A model generated the notes under the pieces. It searched no databases. It was not told where the DNA came from and saw only the letters and a list, made by a program, of their open reading frames with translations. From Candidatus Nomurabacteria bacterium (GTDB lineage Bacteria > Patescibacteriota > Minisyncoccia > Phycocordibacterales > UBA9973), in assembly GCA_026396015.1 (NCBI GenBank), contig JAPLXP010000006.1:1-32945 (forward strand): DNA of 32,945 bases, written 5' to 3'. The position numbers were made by a program, and so were the translations under genes. The first letter of the stretch is position 1. Each line of letters begins with the position of its first letter. Positions 18,170 through 26,785 of this stretch are shown one piece after another.

Positions 18170-18211
18170 AAATAAAATAGCCCCGGCCATTAGGCCGGGG
18201 CTATTTTATTT
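18170..18211. terminator. Intrinsic terminator (AAATAGCYCCGGC family, copy 3)
   Basis: AAATAAAATAGCCCCGGCC-ATTA-GGCCGGGGCTATTTTATTT. Confidence 0.85.
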
Positions 18212-18247
18212 GCATACTATAATTTTTTATTTTATAATTTAATTGTA

Positions 18248-21200
18248 ATGAGGAAGTGTAGATTCCGACATTTATTATTTTCGATAATAATAACTATTTT
18301 TAGTTTCGTCTTTTTTCAGTTTACTGCACACGCATCTACTGATGTCACTGATGATATCTATACAGATACCACTTGGACCGCTATTGATAGTCCGTATATT
18401 GTCCACAATAATCTTTTGATAGATATTGGTGCTACTTTGACATTGGAGGCTGGTACGATAGTGAAATTCGACAATGGTGCAGGTCTGTATTTATTAGGTA
18501 ATCTGGATTCAAATGGTACTGAGAGTGAACCAGTTTATCTGACTTCGTTTAAAGATGATAGTGTAGGCGGGGATACAGATGGAGATGGTGGGGTAAATAC
18601 TCCCAATTATAATGATTGGGGAAATATTATTTTTGATACCGGATCTGTGTCCGGGAATTTTAATCACACACTTGTAAAATATTCTTCTGGGATATTATCC
18701 TTTGGTGCTACTGTGAATGCTCGTTATTTAGAGGATGACAATAGTCTGATGATATTTGGTGTGTCTGATAATTCAATCTCTCATTCAAGTCTGAATAGCC
18801 TGAGTTTATTTGGTGGTAGTACTGCTAGTCTGACGAATAGTGTCATGGTAGATGCAGCAGAGAATTCATATGTATATTTGGATGGTAGCAGTAATCTATC
18901 TGTATATAGTACAACAATAAATTCCAATCAAAACGTAGGTACGATATTTAGTGTTTTTGATCATTCCACCTTACGTATTACTGACTCTAGTATCACTGGA
19001 TATGGAGGGAGTTTTTCTCGAGCTCTGGGTGTTTTTGATTATAGTAATCTTCATCTACGGAATACTACGATCACGAGTATTGCCTATGGTGTGTATTCCG
19101 ACAGTAATGCCAATCTAAATATTCGTGATTCTAGTATTGATTGCAATCGTGATGGTCTGAATATTTCCAGGTCTGTGCTCGATATATCTGGAGGGTCTAT
19201 TCATTGTACGGTCAATGGTATAAATATATTTAATTCAGAGTCTGTGATTGATGGTATTACTGTATATGGAGCGACAGAGAATGGCATAATCTCGTACGAT
19301 GGGACTTCAGATATCAAGAGTGTATCTATCTTAAATAGTGAGGTGAAGGATAATCATTATGGAATCTCTGCATACCAGTCTCCTGTGATAGCTCATGGAA
19401 ATAGTATTCATAGCAATTACGTCGGAGCTTTTGCATACGATGACTATGTTGGAATTTTGGATTTTACAAAAAATTGGTGGGGTAGTCCGTCTGGTCCGTA
19501 TCAAGTGAATGACAATCCAGATGGCACAGGCGATGAAGTTCTTGATTATATATCGTACGACCCATGGCTACGCTATGATCCACTACACCCTGGTCCTTCG
19601 AATGTATTGTTCATACCAGGATTCCAAGCTAGCCGTCTATACAAACAAAAACACTTTCCGATTATTGGAGATGTTGAAGATAAACTCTGGGAGCCAAATA
19701 CAAATAGTGACGTGACAGATATGTATATGGATATGAATGGTGTCAGCATCAATCCAGATATTTACACGCGCGATATTGTCGATACCGAGAGTATATTGGG
19801 TCTAGGTAATACCAAGATTTATGATTCATTCATAAGTGATATGAATGCACTCGTGGCTAGTGGCACTATATCCGACTGGCGGGCAGCACCGTATGATTGG
19901 CGACTCTCACCGGATGATATCGTATCGCGTGGCGCGATAGATAGCAATGGTAATATTTCCTACAATAATGATTTAGGTCCCACAGATGAGTCATACATGG
20001 TCCGTCAGGTATTGTCTTTGATAAATACTTCTCGGGATGGCAAGGTGACTATAGTCACACATTCAAATGGAGGCCTTGTCGCCAAGGCCCTGATGGTAAA
20101 GCTCCAGGCGATGAAGGACGCCGGATTGAATAATTATATTGATTATATAGATAGGGTGATCATGGTCGCCGCTCCACAGGTGGGTACACCAAAGGCTATA
20201 CCATCGTTGCTACATGGATATAAACAAGATTTATTGAACGGAGTATTTTTAAGGCAATCAATTGCTAGAATATTTGGACTGAATCTTCCTGGTGGGTATG
20301 GATTGCTTCCGAGTGAGAAATATTTTTATACAGTCAAGGATTCTCCTGTGTTGTTTGATAAATCTCTAGAAGTTATGAATCCATATGTGAACTTACACAA
20401 GACCTATGGCGATAGTATTGGGAGCTACAGTGACTACATTAGCTTCCTCCTCGGTACAAAGGATAGTCGTGTTCAGCCTGGTGTAGATGAATTGTCCACA
20501 CCATCAATCCTCGGAGAAGGTATTCTGACTAGGGCTACAGAAATGCATAGTAGTATAGACAATTATGTTTTTCCTCCGAGTGTACATGTATATCAAGTGG
20601 CCGGATGGGGTCTGCCTACGGTCAAGAGTGTGCGGTATTTTGCACGTACAGATTGTGTAAAGTTGATAGCTGGCAAGCCTTGTATTAAGGTAAAGAGTGT
20701 AGACGTCGAGCCGAACTTGATAGATGATGGAGATAAAACTGTGGTGACTCCTAGTGCCATTTACGAAAAAAATGCAGATAGTTATTATGTAAATTTATAT
20801 CAATACGCATCGGATCATAAAATTAACATTAATAAAACATTTGAGCATGCTGATTTTTTTGAACTATCATATCTTCGCGATTTTATTAAGAATACATTAT
20901 TAGGAATAGATACTCTTCCGGATTATTTCTCCAAGGTCAAGCCAAAGAGTAATAGCAATCTAGTCTTGAATGTACACCTATCTCCAGGGGTCAAGAAGAC
21001 CGTGCAAGTAGTCAGCAAGACGGGTACCAAGGTTGGAGTTGATAATATCACTCCGATTAGTCTAGATGCGGACAATTTTGAGCCTATACTATCTCAGATT
21101 CCGGGGGCAAGCTTTACTCATCTCGGGCATAGCTACTACTTCTATTTACCTACAGGTAGTGGATCTAGTTATACTCTACAGATCAGTAGTGTCGATACTG

Positions 21201-21931
21201 GTGTATCTCCTGTAGTCGGTAGTGTGGTTGATGTGCAGGATGTGGATAATATAGGTGGCACTGGTAGTCAGGTTTCCGAGGGAGAGGTGACTATACGTGT
21301 AGATACAGTGAATGACACTACGATAGAGAATTCTGTGTACACTCCACCTATCACAGTGGGTAGTGGTGGTAGTGCGAGTGTAGATATATCAGATACTGGC
21401 ACGACTGGTCCAGTGGCTGTAGATACTGGTGGTAGTGGGTCTATCGATAATACTGTGCCATTTGTACCTACACCTGATCCTAGTTCTCCAGTACAGATAG
21501 AACCTGATATTACATTACAAAACACCCCAGACACTTCATTAATTATTCGTAGTAGTGGTGGGCATCCTTCATCTATTGCTGCTTTAACAGAGAATATAAA
21601 ATCTGAGATTCAGAATAATGTGGAATCACAAGATTTAAAAGTGGTTGCAGTGACAAATACTGAGAGTGATTCAAGTCCTGCTCCTTTCTCGGGTGGAATA
21701 AATAATATTCATATTGAAAAATCGAGTATGGGTAATCAAGAAAAAGTTTCAACAGATTCAGTCTATACCCCCGATACAAATACTAAAACAAAAGGTATTA
21801 ATAACAATTCAATGTTGGCATCTGTCTATAATACATTGGTCAACGTGCCTATTGATGTATTGCTGATAGTTATACTCTTTATATTATTGCTTGTTTACCT
21901 TGTATATAGACGTAGGAATAAGGTAAAATGA
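18248..21931 (+). CDS. Large exported, C-terminally anchored protein: parallel beta-helix repeats plus an LCAT/PGAP1-like alpha/beta hydrolase (lipase/acyltransferase)
   Basis: Signal peptide ending AHA; TWT..SPY / GT...PVY.TS / NWWG..SGP beta-helix signatures; LFIPG, APYDWR, THSNGG nucleophile elbow, AAPQVGTP, DGDKTV and a late His; C-terminal TM plus RRRNK. Confidence 0.85.
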   Translation: MRKCRFRHLLFSIIITIFSFVFFQFTAHASTDVTDDIYTDTTWTAIDSPYIVHNNLLIDIGATLTLEAGTIVKFDNGAGLYLLGNLDSNGTESEPVYLTSFKDDSVGGDTDGDGGVNTPNYNDWGNIIFDTGSVSGNFNHTLVKYSSGILSFGATVNARYLEDDNSLMIFGVSDNSISHSSLNSLSLFGGSTASLTNSVMVDAAENSYVYLDGSSNLSVYSTTINSNQNVGTIFSVFDHSTLRITDSSITGYGGSFSRALGVFDYSNLHLRNTTITSIAYGVYSDSNANLNIRDSSIDCNRDGLNISRSVLDISGGSIHCTVNGINIFNSESVIDGITVYGATENGIISYDGTSDIKSVSILNSEVKDNHYGISAYQSPVIAHGNSIHSNYVGAFAYDDYVGILDFTKNWWGSPSGPYQVNDNPDGTGDEVLDYISYDPWLRYDPLHPGPSNVLFIPGFQASRLYKQKHFPIIGDVEDKLWEPNTNSDVTDMYMDMNGVSINPDIYTRDIVDTESILGLGNTKIYDSFISDMNALVASGTISDWRAAPYDWRLSPDDIVSRGAIDSNGNISYNNDLGPTDESYMVRQVLSLINTSRDGKVTIVTHSNGGLVAKALMVKLQAMKDAGLNNYIDYIDRVIMVAAPQVGTPKAIPSLLHGYKQDLLNGVFLRQSIARIFGLNLPGGYGLLPSEKYFYTVKDSPVLFDKSLEVMNPYVNLHKTYGDSIGSYSDYISFLLGTKDSRVQPGVDELSTPSILGEGILTRATEMHSSIDNYVFPPSVHVYQVAGWGLPTVKSVRYFARTDCVKLIAGKPCIKVKSVDVEPNLIDDGDKTVVTPSAIYEKNADSYYVNLYQYASDHKININKTFEHADFFELSYLRDFIKNTLLGIDTLPDYFSKVKPKSNSNLVLNVHLSPGVKKTVQVVSKTGTKVGVDNITPISLDADNFEPILSQIPGASFTHLGHSYYFYLPTGSGSSYTLQISSVDTGVSPVVGSVVDVQDVDNIGGTGSQVSEGEVTIRVDTVNDTTIENSVYTPPITVGSGGSASVDISDTGTTGPVAVDTGGSGSIDNTVPFVPTPDPSSPVQIEPDITLQNTPDTSLIIRSSGGHPSSIAALTENIKSEIQNNVESQDLKVVAVTNTESDSSPAPFSGGINNIHIEKSSMGNQEKVSTDSVYTPDTNTKTKGINNNSMLASVYNTLVNVPIDVLLIVILFILLLVYLVYRRRNKVK

Positions 21932-21960
21932 ATATATTATAAATATAATTTATTACTCTG

Positions 21961-22404
21961 ATGAATTTCAATTGGCAAAAAATTACATGGGTTAGTTTAA
22001 TAATTTCTATCTTTTTTCTTCTTACAAGTTTTCTATTTTGGTATAAAATGGATTCTTTTTGTTATGCGGGTCATTATGATTGCATGGATACTTTAAAATA
22101 TGGTTATGCTCTAACTTTGATTCAGATCTTACCCTTTACAGTTGGATCTCTAGTTATTATTCTGCTATTTACAAAAAAATACAAAAAAATTCTTTATATT
22201 TTTACTTTTTTAATTACTATTTCTTTAATATTTTTTGTATTTACTTTACCAGTAGAATGTGGTTTTGGTATCTGTGGTGATAGATCAACGGGGTCATTGC
22301 TTCTCCGTAACCTATACCCAATAATTCTAATCCCGACGGCTTTGATCATGTGGATCTATTTCAAAATCAAAGACTACAAAGAAAAACTAAATCAACTAAA
22401 ATAA
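21961..22404 (+). CDS. Hypothetical 4-TM membrane protein with paired Cys loops
   Basis: 147-aa AT-rich hydrophobic ORF with CYAGHYDC and CGFGIC loops. Confidence 0.75.
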   Translation: MNFNWQKITWVSLIISIFFLLTSFLFWYKMDSFCYAGHYDCMDTLKYGYALTLIQILPFTVGSLVIILLFTKKYKKILYIFTFLITISLIFFVFTLPVECGFGICGDRSTGSLLLRNLYPIILIPTALIMWIYFKIKDYKEKLNQLK

Positions 22405-22406
22405 CA

Positions 22407-22450
22407 AAAACGACATTCGCACATTCTATAGAATATTAGAATGTCGTTTT
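22407..22450. repeat. Palindromic repeat, left copy (GACATTC family)
   Basis: AAAACGACATTC-GCAC-ATTCTA|TAGAAT-ATTA-GAATGTCGTTTT. Confidence 0.85.
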
Positions 22451-22461
22451 AATATAAATAT

Positions 22462-22755
22462 ATGTTGGCGATAAAGAAAACAAAGCAACCAAAGAATAGT
22501 AATCAAATGGAGAAGGTATTCAAAGGTGTTTCTAATTATCATAGAATTGATATTTTGTTGTTTGTTGGAAATCAAAAAGGCGTAACATTAGATGATATTT
22601 GTTCCCAATTGAATTTAAATTTTAAAACTGCGTCTGGTCATACTCACAGATTAGTTCAATCTGGGTTAATAAAAAAGGTTCATCAGGGTCGTTTTGTAAT
22701 TCATACATTGTCGCCATACGGAGAAAATATTGTTAAATATATTAAATCATTCTAA
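22462..22755 (+). CDS. ArsR/SmtB-like winged-helix DNA-binding protein
   Basis: [42 protein letters not shown] and QGRFV..TLSPYG. Confidence 0.85.
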   Translation: MLAIKKTKQPKNSNQMEKVFKGVSNYHRIDILLFVGNQKGVTLDDICSQLNLNFKTASGHTHRLVQSGLIKKVHQGRFVIHTLSPYGENIVKYIKSF

Positions 22756-22764
22756 TCTATAATC

Positions 22765-22806
22765 AAATGACATTCTCACATTCTCGAGAATGTGAGAATG
22801 TCATTT
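22765..22806. repeat. Palindromic repeat, right copy (GACATTC family)
   Basis: Perfect 42-nt palindrome AAATGACATTCTCACATTCTC|GAGAATGTGAGAATGTCATTT. Confidence 0.88.
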
Positions 22807-22868
22807 TTGTTTATATTTTTAAATTTGCGGTGATTGCTTGGGGATGGTGGGGAGGGTATAATTTGGCT

Positions 22869-23354
22869 ATGAAAAAAGCATATTTTGCAGGGGGATGTTT
22901 TTGGGGATTGGAGGAGTTGTTTCGTACTCAGCCGGGAATCGTAGATATCACAGCAGGATATACTGGAGGTGAGAATGACAATCCTACATATGAGGACCAC
23001 GAGGGTCATGCCGAGGCACTAGAGATAGTATATGATCCATCCGTCACTAGCTATAAAAAACTTTTGGATTTCTTCTTTCAGATCCATAATCCGACGACAT
23101 TGAATCAACAGGGTAATGACAGGGGTACCTCATATCGCTCTGCGATATTCTATCAGAATGATGAAGAATTAAATGAAGCAAAAGACTTTATCGATATAGT
23201 AAATAAATCTGGACGTTGGTCCGACCCTGTCGTTACCATACTCGAATCATTCACTATATTCTGGCGTGCCGAGGAATATCATCAGGACTATCTGCAAAAG
23301 AATCCCGGTGGATACACGTGCCATGCGATATACTTTGACTCATATTTAAAATAA
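22869..23354 (+). CDS. msrA: Peptide-methionine (S)-S-oxide reductase
   Basis: [28 protein letters not shown] and AEEYHQDY; start reassigned to ATG 22869. Confidence 0.97.
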   Translation: MKKAYFAGGCFWGLEELFRTQPGIVDITAGYTGGENDNPTYEDHEGHAEALEIVYDPSVTSYKKLLDFFFQIHNPTTLNQQGNDRGTSYRSAIFYQNDEELNEAKDFIDIVNKSGRWSDPVVTILESFTIFWRAEEYHQDYLQKNPGGYTCHAIYFDSYLK

Positions 23355-23376
23355 TCTTAAACCTAAAAAATATAAA

Positions 23377-23588
23377 ATGGAAAACTTAAAACTAAACGAA
23401 CTAACTGAAGAAGAGAAAAGGGTGATAATAGACAAGGGGACTGAAAGGCCTTTTGTGGGTGAATATACGAATACTATGGCCACTGTGGTGGCCACCTCGG
23501 GCACCTATTCACAGGTGAAGGCTTTACCGACAAAAACATCCGCCACTGCGTGAATTCAATATCAATGAAATTTATAGAGGGGAAATAA
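23377..23588 (+). pseudogene. msrB: Internally deleted, frameshifted methionine-R-sulfoxide reductase
   Basis: One frame gives the MsrB N-terminus ([22 protein letters not shown]); from 23481 another frame gives the C-terminus ([31 protein letters not shown]). The central first CxxC / GWPSF / RTE part is absent. Confidence 0.88.
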
Positions 23589-23608
23589 AGTTGTGGTATA
23601 ATTTATTT

Positions 23609-24115
23609 ATGGAGAAAGATAAAAACAATTATGCTTTTATTGATAGCCAGAATTTAAATCTGGCAATTCAATCTCTTGGATGGAAATTAAATTTTTCTAG
23701 ATTCAGAGTTTATTTAAAGGAAAAGTATGGTGTCTCAAAAGCTTTTTTATTTATTGGCTACATAGAAGGAAACAATCAATTATACATATCGCTTCAAAAT
23801 GCAGGATTTATTTGTATTTTTAAGCCCACATTAAAATATAAAGATGGAACTACAAAAGGGAATTGCGATGCCGAGCTCGTGCTACAAGCTATGATTGAAT
23901 ATCAGAACTTTGATAAAGCACTTATTGTAACAGGTGATGGTGATTTTCATTGCCTTGTTAATCATTTCATACAAAATAAAAAATTAAATGCAGTTATTAT
24001 TCCAAATAGACTTAGTTTTTCTGCCCTACTAAAAATGGACTACATAAGGCCATATTTGAGATTTATGAATGATTTACAAAATAAATTAGAGTATAAAAAA
24101 GAAAAGGCCCCTTAA
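23609..24115 (+). CDS. NYN domain (LabA/DUF88, PIN-like) putative ribonuclease
   Basis: AFIDSQNL, KGNCDAEL and VTGDGDF acidic active-site motifs; start reassigned to ATG 23609. Confidence 0.92.
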   Translation: MEKDKNNYAFIDSQNLNLAIQSLGWKLNFSRFRVYLKEKYGVSKAFLFIGYIEGNNQLYISLQNAGFICIFKPTLKYKDGTTKGNCDAELVLQAMIEYQNFDKALIVTGDGDFHCLVNHFIQNKKLNAVIIPNRLSFSALLKMDYIRPYLRFMNDLQNKLEYKKEKAP

Positions 24116-24153
24116 GGACAAAACCTTAAAGGGTGATCTCTTCCGTTCGTGAT
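24095..24153 (-). ncRNA. Predicted ~59-nt small RNA antisense to the 3' end of the NYN gene
   Basis: A minus-strand promoter lies just upstream; the transcript AUCACGAAC-GGAAGAGAUCACCCUUUAAGG-UUUUGU-CCUUAAGGGGCCUUUUC-UUUUUU folds into a long hairpin plus U tract and contains no AUG. Confidence 0.6.
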
Positions 24154-24159
24154 AAATGT

Positions 24160-24189
24160 ATTATAGCACCCACTATACATAACAGTCAA
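24160..24189 (-). promoter_or_regulatory. Convergent sigma70 promoter pointing into the NYN 3' end
   Basis: Minus strand TTGACT(24189-24184)-N18-TATAAT(24165-24160) with an extended -10 TG. Confidence 0.75.
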
Positions 24190-24216
24190 TACCTTATTAA
24201 TATAATTATAATTTAA

Positions 24217-24684
24217 ATGAAGAAATTTTGGCTTATTAAAAGTGAAGGGGATTGCTACTCGATAGATGACTTGAAAAAAGATAAGAAGATTGCTTGGACT
24301 GGTATTCGCAATTATCAATCCCGTAATTTTATGATGAATGACATGTCCGTAGGTGATATGGCCCTCTTTTACCATTCCAATGGCACAGTCGAAGCACCCA
24401 CTGGTGTATACGGCATAGCCCGTGTGGCCTCGGCATCGCACCCGGACGAGACGCAGTTTGCAAAGGGGGATGAACACTACGATCCCAAGGCGACAAAGGC
24501 CAAGCCGATTTGGTACTGTGTAGACATGGCCTTTGTCCTCAAATTCAAGAATCCTGTGACCCTCGCTGAAATCAAGATTGACCCTGCTCTCGATGGCATG
24601 CTCGTCCGCGCCCGCGGATCCCGCCTGTCCATTCAACCCGTCTCCCAAAAGCATTTTGAGTATATTGTGGGGTTAGAGGGGTAG
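24217..24684 (+). CDS. EVE domain protein (Thy28/THYN1-like, PUA fold)
   Basis: FWLIKSE, WTGIRNYQSRNFM, GDMALFYHS, YDPK and SRLSIQPV. Confidence 0.94.
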   Translation: MKKFWLIKSEGDCYSIDDLKKDKKIAWTGIRNYQSRNFMMNDMSVGDMALFYHSNGTVEAPTGVYGIARVASASHPDETQFAKGDEHYDPKATKAKPIWYCVDMAFVLKFKNPVTLAEIKIDPALDGMLVRARGSRLSIQPVSQKHFEYIVGLEG

Positions 24685-24730
24685 AATTTGAGTGATGTAT
24701 TGGATGGGTGTTTTGTGGTATAATTTTAAT

Positions 24731-25381
24731 GTGAAAATAAAGGATTTTCCTAAGCAAGATAGGCCAAGAGAAAAACTGGAAAAGTATGGTCCAGGTAAAT
24801 TATCAGATGCGGAATTGCTAGCTATATTACTACGAACTGGAACAAAGGATTTGAATGTTTTAAAATTGTCTCAAAAAATTTTACAAAAATTTGAGAACAA
24901 AAAAATTATAGATATTTCGATTGAAGAACTAAAAACTATTCACGGGCTAGGAACAGTTAAATCTTGTGAAATAATTGCTTGTTTTGAATTGGGAAAAAGA
25001 ATGTTGAAAGACAAAAAATTCTCAATCTTACTCTCACCTAAGGATGTTTGGGAAAGAATGGAAGATATCAGAGGGAGTAAAAAAGAGCATTTTGTTGTTT
25101 TTTATTTAGATAGCAGAAACCAAGAAATACAAAGAGAAATTATCTCTATGGGCACATTAAATGAAAGCCTGGTTCATCCACGGGAAGTCTTTGAGGGTGC
25201 TATCAAAAATAATGCCGCTTCGATTATACTTGCTCACAATCATCCGTCAGGAGATATGGATCCATCTGAAGCAGATATTGAAATAACAAAAAAGTTAGTA
25301 CATGCTGGAAAAATTTTAGATATTAAAATTATTAATCACGTTATTATAACAAATAATTCATGGTCAAGAATTGAATTTTAA
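24731..25381 (+). CDS. radC: RadC (UPF0758) JAB-domain protein
   Basis: RPREKL..G...LSDAELLAILLRTG, HhH, EHF, VHPREVF and HNHPSG..PS..D; start reassigned to GTG 24731. Confidence 0.95.
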   Translation: MKIKDFPKQDRPREKLEKYGPGKLSDAELLAILLRTGTKDLNVLKLSQKILQKFENKKIIDISIEELKTIHGLGTVKSCEIIACFELGKRMLKDKKFSILLSPKDVWERMEDIRGSKKEHFVVFYLDSRNQEIQREIISMGTLNESLVHPREVFEGAIKNNAASIILAHNHPSGDMDPSEADIEITKKLVHAGKILDIKIINHVIITNNSWSRIEF

Positions 25382-25394
25382 AAATATAAATTTT

Positions 25395-26780
25395 ATGAAT
25401 AAAGAAACTAGAATTAAAAATATTGCTGAAATTATCAAGAGAGATAAAGAGCATGGTAGACAGGATATACCATGGAAAGATAAATTGGAGCCGATGGCTG
25501 TTTATTTAATTCCTTTAGAATATCTTGTTTACAATAAATATAATGGACGTATTTTAAGTAGAACTAAGTCACTTGAAATGCAAGGTTACGAAATTGATGC
25601 TGCATCTAAAGAAGGCAAAAATCTTATCGAGAAGCTTCTTATGGATTCAAATCCCGGAAGAAATAAACAAACCCTTGATAGTATTAATAAAATGGGACAA
25701 GAAAAAGTAGGAATTATTACTCGAGATGGAATTGTAATTGATGGTAATAGGCGTACTATGTTGTTGAATAAGTCTGGTAAATATAATTATTTTAAAACAG
25801 TTGTATTGGATGTTACCTTAGAGGAGAACCCTTTAGAGATTGAGAAGCTTGAAACAACTTATCAAATGGGTGAAGATGAAAAATTAGGATACAAAGCAAT
25901 CGAAAAATACTTAAAATCTAAATTATTGCATGAAAGAGAAATATCTATTGATAAAATTGCTGACTGGATGGGTGAAGATAGCTCAAAGATAAAGGAATAT
26001 TTGAGTGTAATGGGAGTAATGGATGAGTATTTGGAGTACCTTGGATGCACTGGAATATATACACAGCTAGATGAAAGAGAGGACCAATTTATAAGCCTAA
26101 CAAGATGGCTAGAAACTTTTTATGGAGAGAATAGTTCCAAGGGATTTGATGGATATAAAGATAGTGATGTTGATGATCTTAAAATAATTTCATTTGATTA
26201 TATAAGAGCTATTTATGAGGGAAAAGAATTTCGTAATATTGGTTACGGTTTAAAAAACAATCATTTTTTTGGAGATAAAAAAATTTGGGAAAGTTTTAAG
26301 GATTTTCATTTTAAAAAAATGGATACAATAAAGCATTTGGAGATAAAAATTGACTTTAAATCTGATAATCTTGAATCCCATTTAAGGGACAGAGATGTAA
26401 AATACAAAGAGAGTACAAAAAATAAAGAAGGAGAGAGTTTTTTAGAAGAAAATATTAGAATTCATAAGCAGCAACTACAGAATATAAAATCAGCAAACGA
26501 ACCCTCAAAACTTGTGTCAACTGCAAGTGATGCTTTAAATGCAATTAATCAAAAAAATCCATCCTTTTTAAATAATGATGTTTCCGACGGCCTCGAGGTA
26601 ATAAGCGAAAAGGTTATAAATATGATTGCGGTTAATTCTCCTGATAAGATTCTCTCTCATGTTAATAAAATGTTAAAATCAATTTCTTTAGATAAAGATA
26701 ATTCTTTAAAAAAACATATGTTGATTAAAATACAAGACATTGAAAAAACGATATCTCTTATAAGAAAAAATATCGAATAA
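25395..26780 (+). CDS. ParB/Srx-fold-like protein with a putative HTH and a helical C-terminal region
   Basis: IPL..L.YN..NGRI and GQ..VGII..DG.VIDGNRR (ParB-type arginine patch), then an IDKIADWMG HTH-like segment; likely ATG at 25395. Confidence 0.65.
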   Translation: MNKETRIKNIAEIIKRDKEHGRQDIPWKDKLEPMAVYLIPLEYLVYNKYNGRILSRTKSLEMQGYEIDAASKEGKNLIEKLLMDSNPGRNKQTLDSINKMGQEKVGIITRDGIVIDGNRRTMLLNKSGKYNYFKTVVLDVTLEENPLEIEKLETTYQMGEDEKLGYKAIEKYLKSKLLHEREISIDKIADWMGEDSSKIKEYLSVMGVMDEYLEYLGCTGIYTQLDEREDQFISLTRWLETFYGENSSKGFDGYKDSDVDDLKIISFDYIRAIYEGKEFRNIGYGLKNNHFFGDKKIWESFKDFHFKKMDTIKHLEIKIDFKSDNLESHLRDRDVKYKESTKNKEGESFLEENIRIHKQQLQNIKSANEPSKLVSTASDALNAINQKNPSFLNNDVSDGLEVISEKVINMIAVNSPDKILSHVNKMLKSISLDKDNSLKKHMLIKIQDIEKTISLIRKNIE

Positions 26781-26785
26781 ATTAT

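Noticed and set aside
14836-18190. Many overlapping alternative-frame and antisense ORFs in the CxxC and DEAD-box genes
   Set aside because: They arise from low-complexity, biased codon usage of the real genes and have no independent signals.
22840-22856. G-rich run GGGGATGGTGGGGAGGG as a G-quadruplex
   Set aside because: One tract has only two G; it is simply the 17-nt spacer of the msrA promoter and nothing else supports it.
23470-23500. Programmed frameshift or selenocysteine recoding to rescue msrB
   Set aside because: No slippery heptamer is present, and even a rejoined product (~70 aa) would lack the central core of the domain.
24112-24654. 180-aa minus-strand ORF opposite EVE
   Set aside because: It is the antisense shadow of a clear EVE gene and runs through a promoter; the minus-strand promoter at 24160-24189 lies inside it and cannot drive it.
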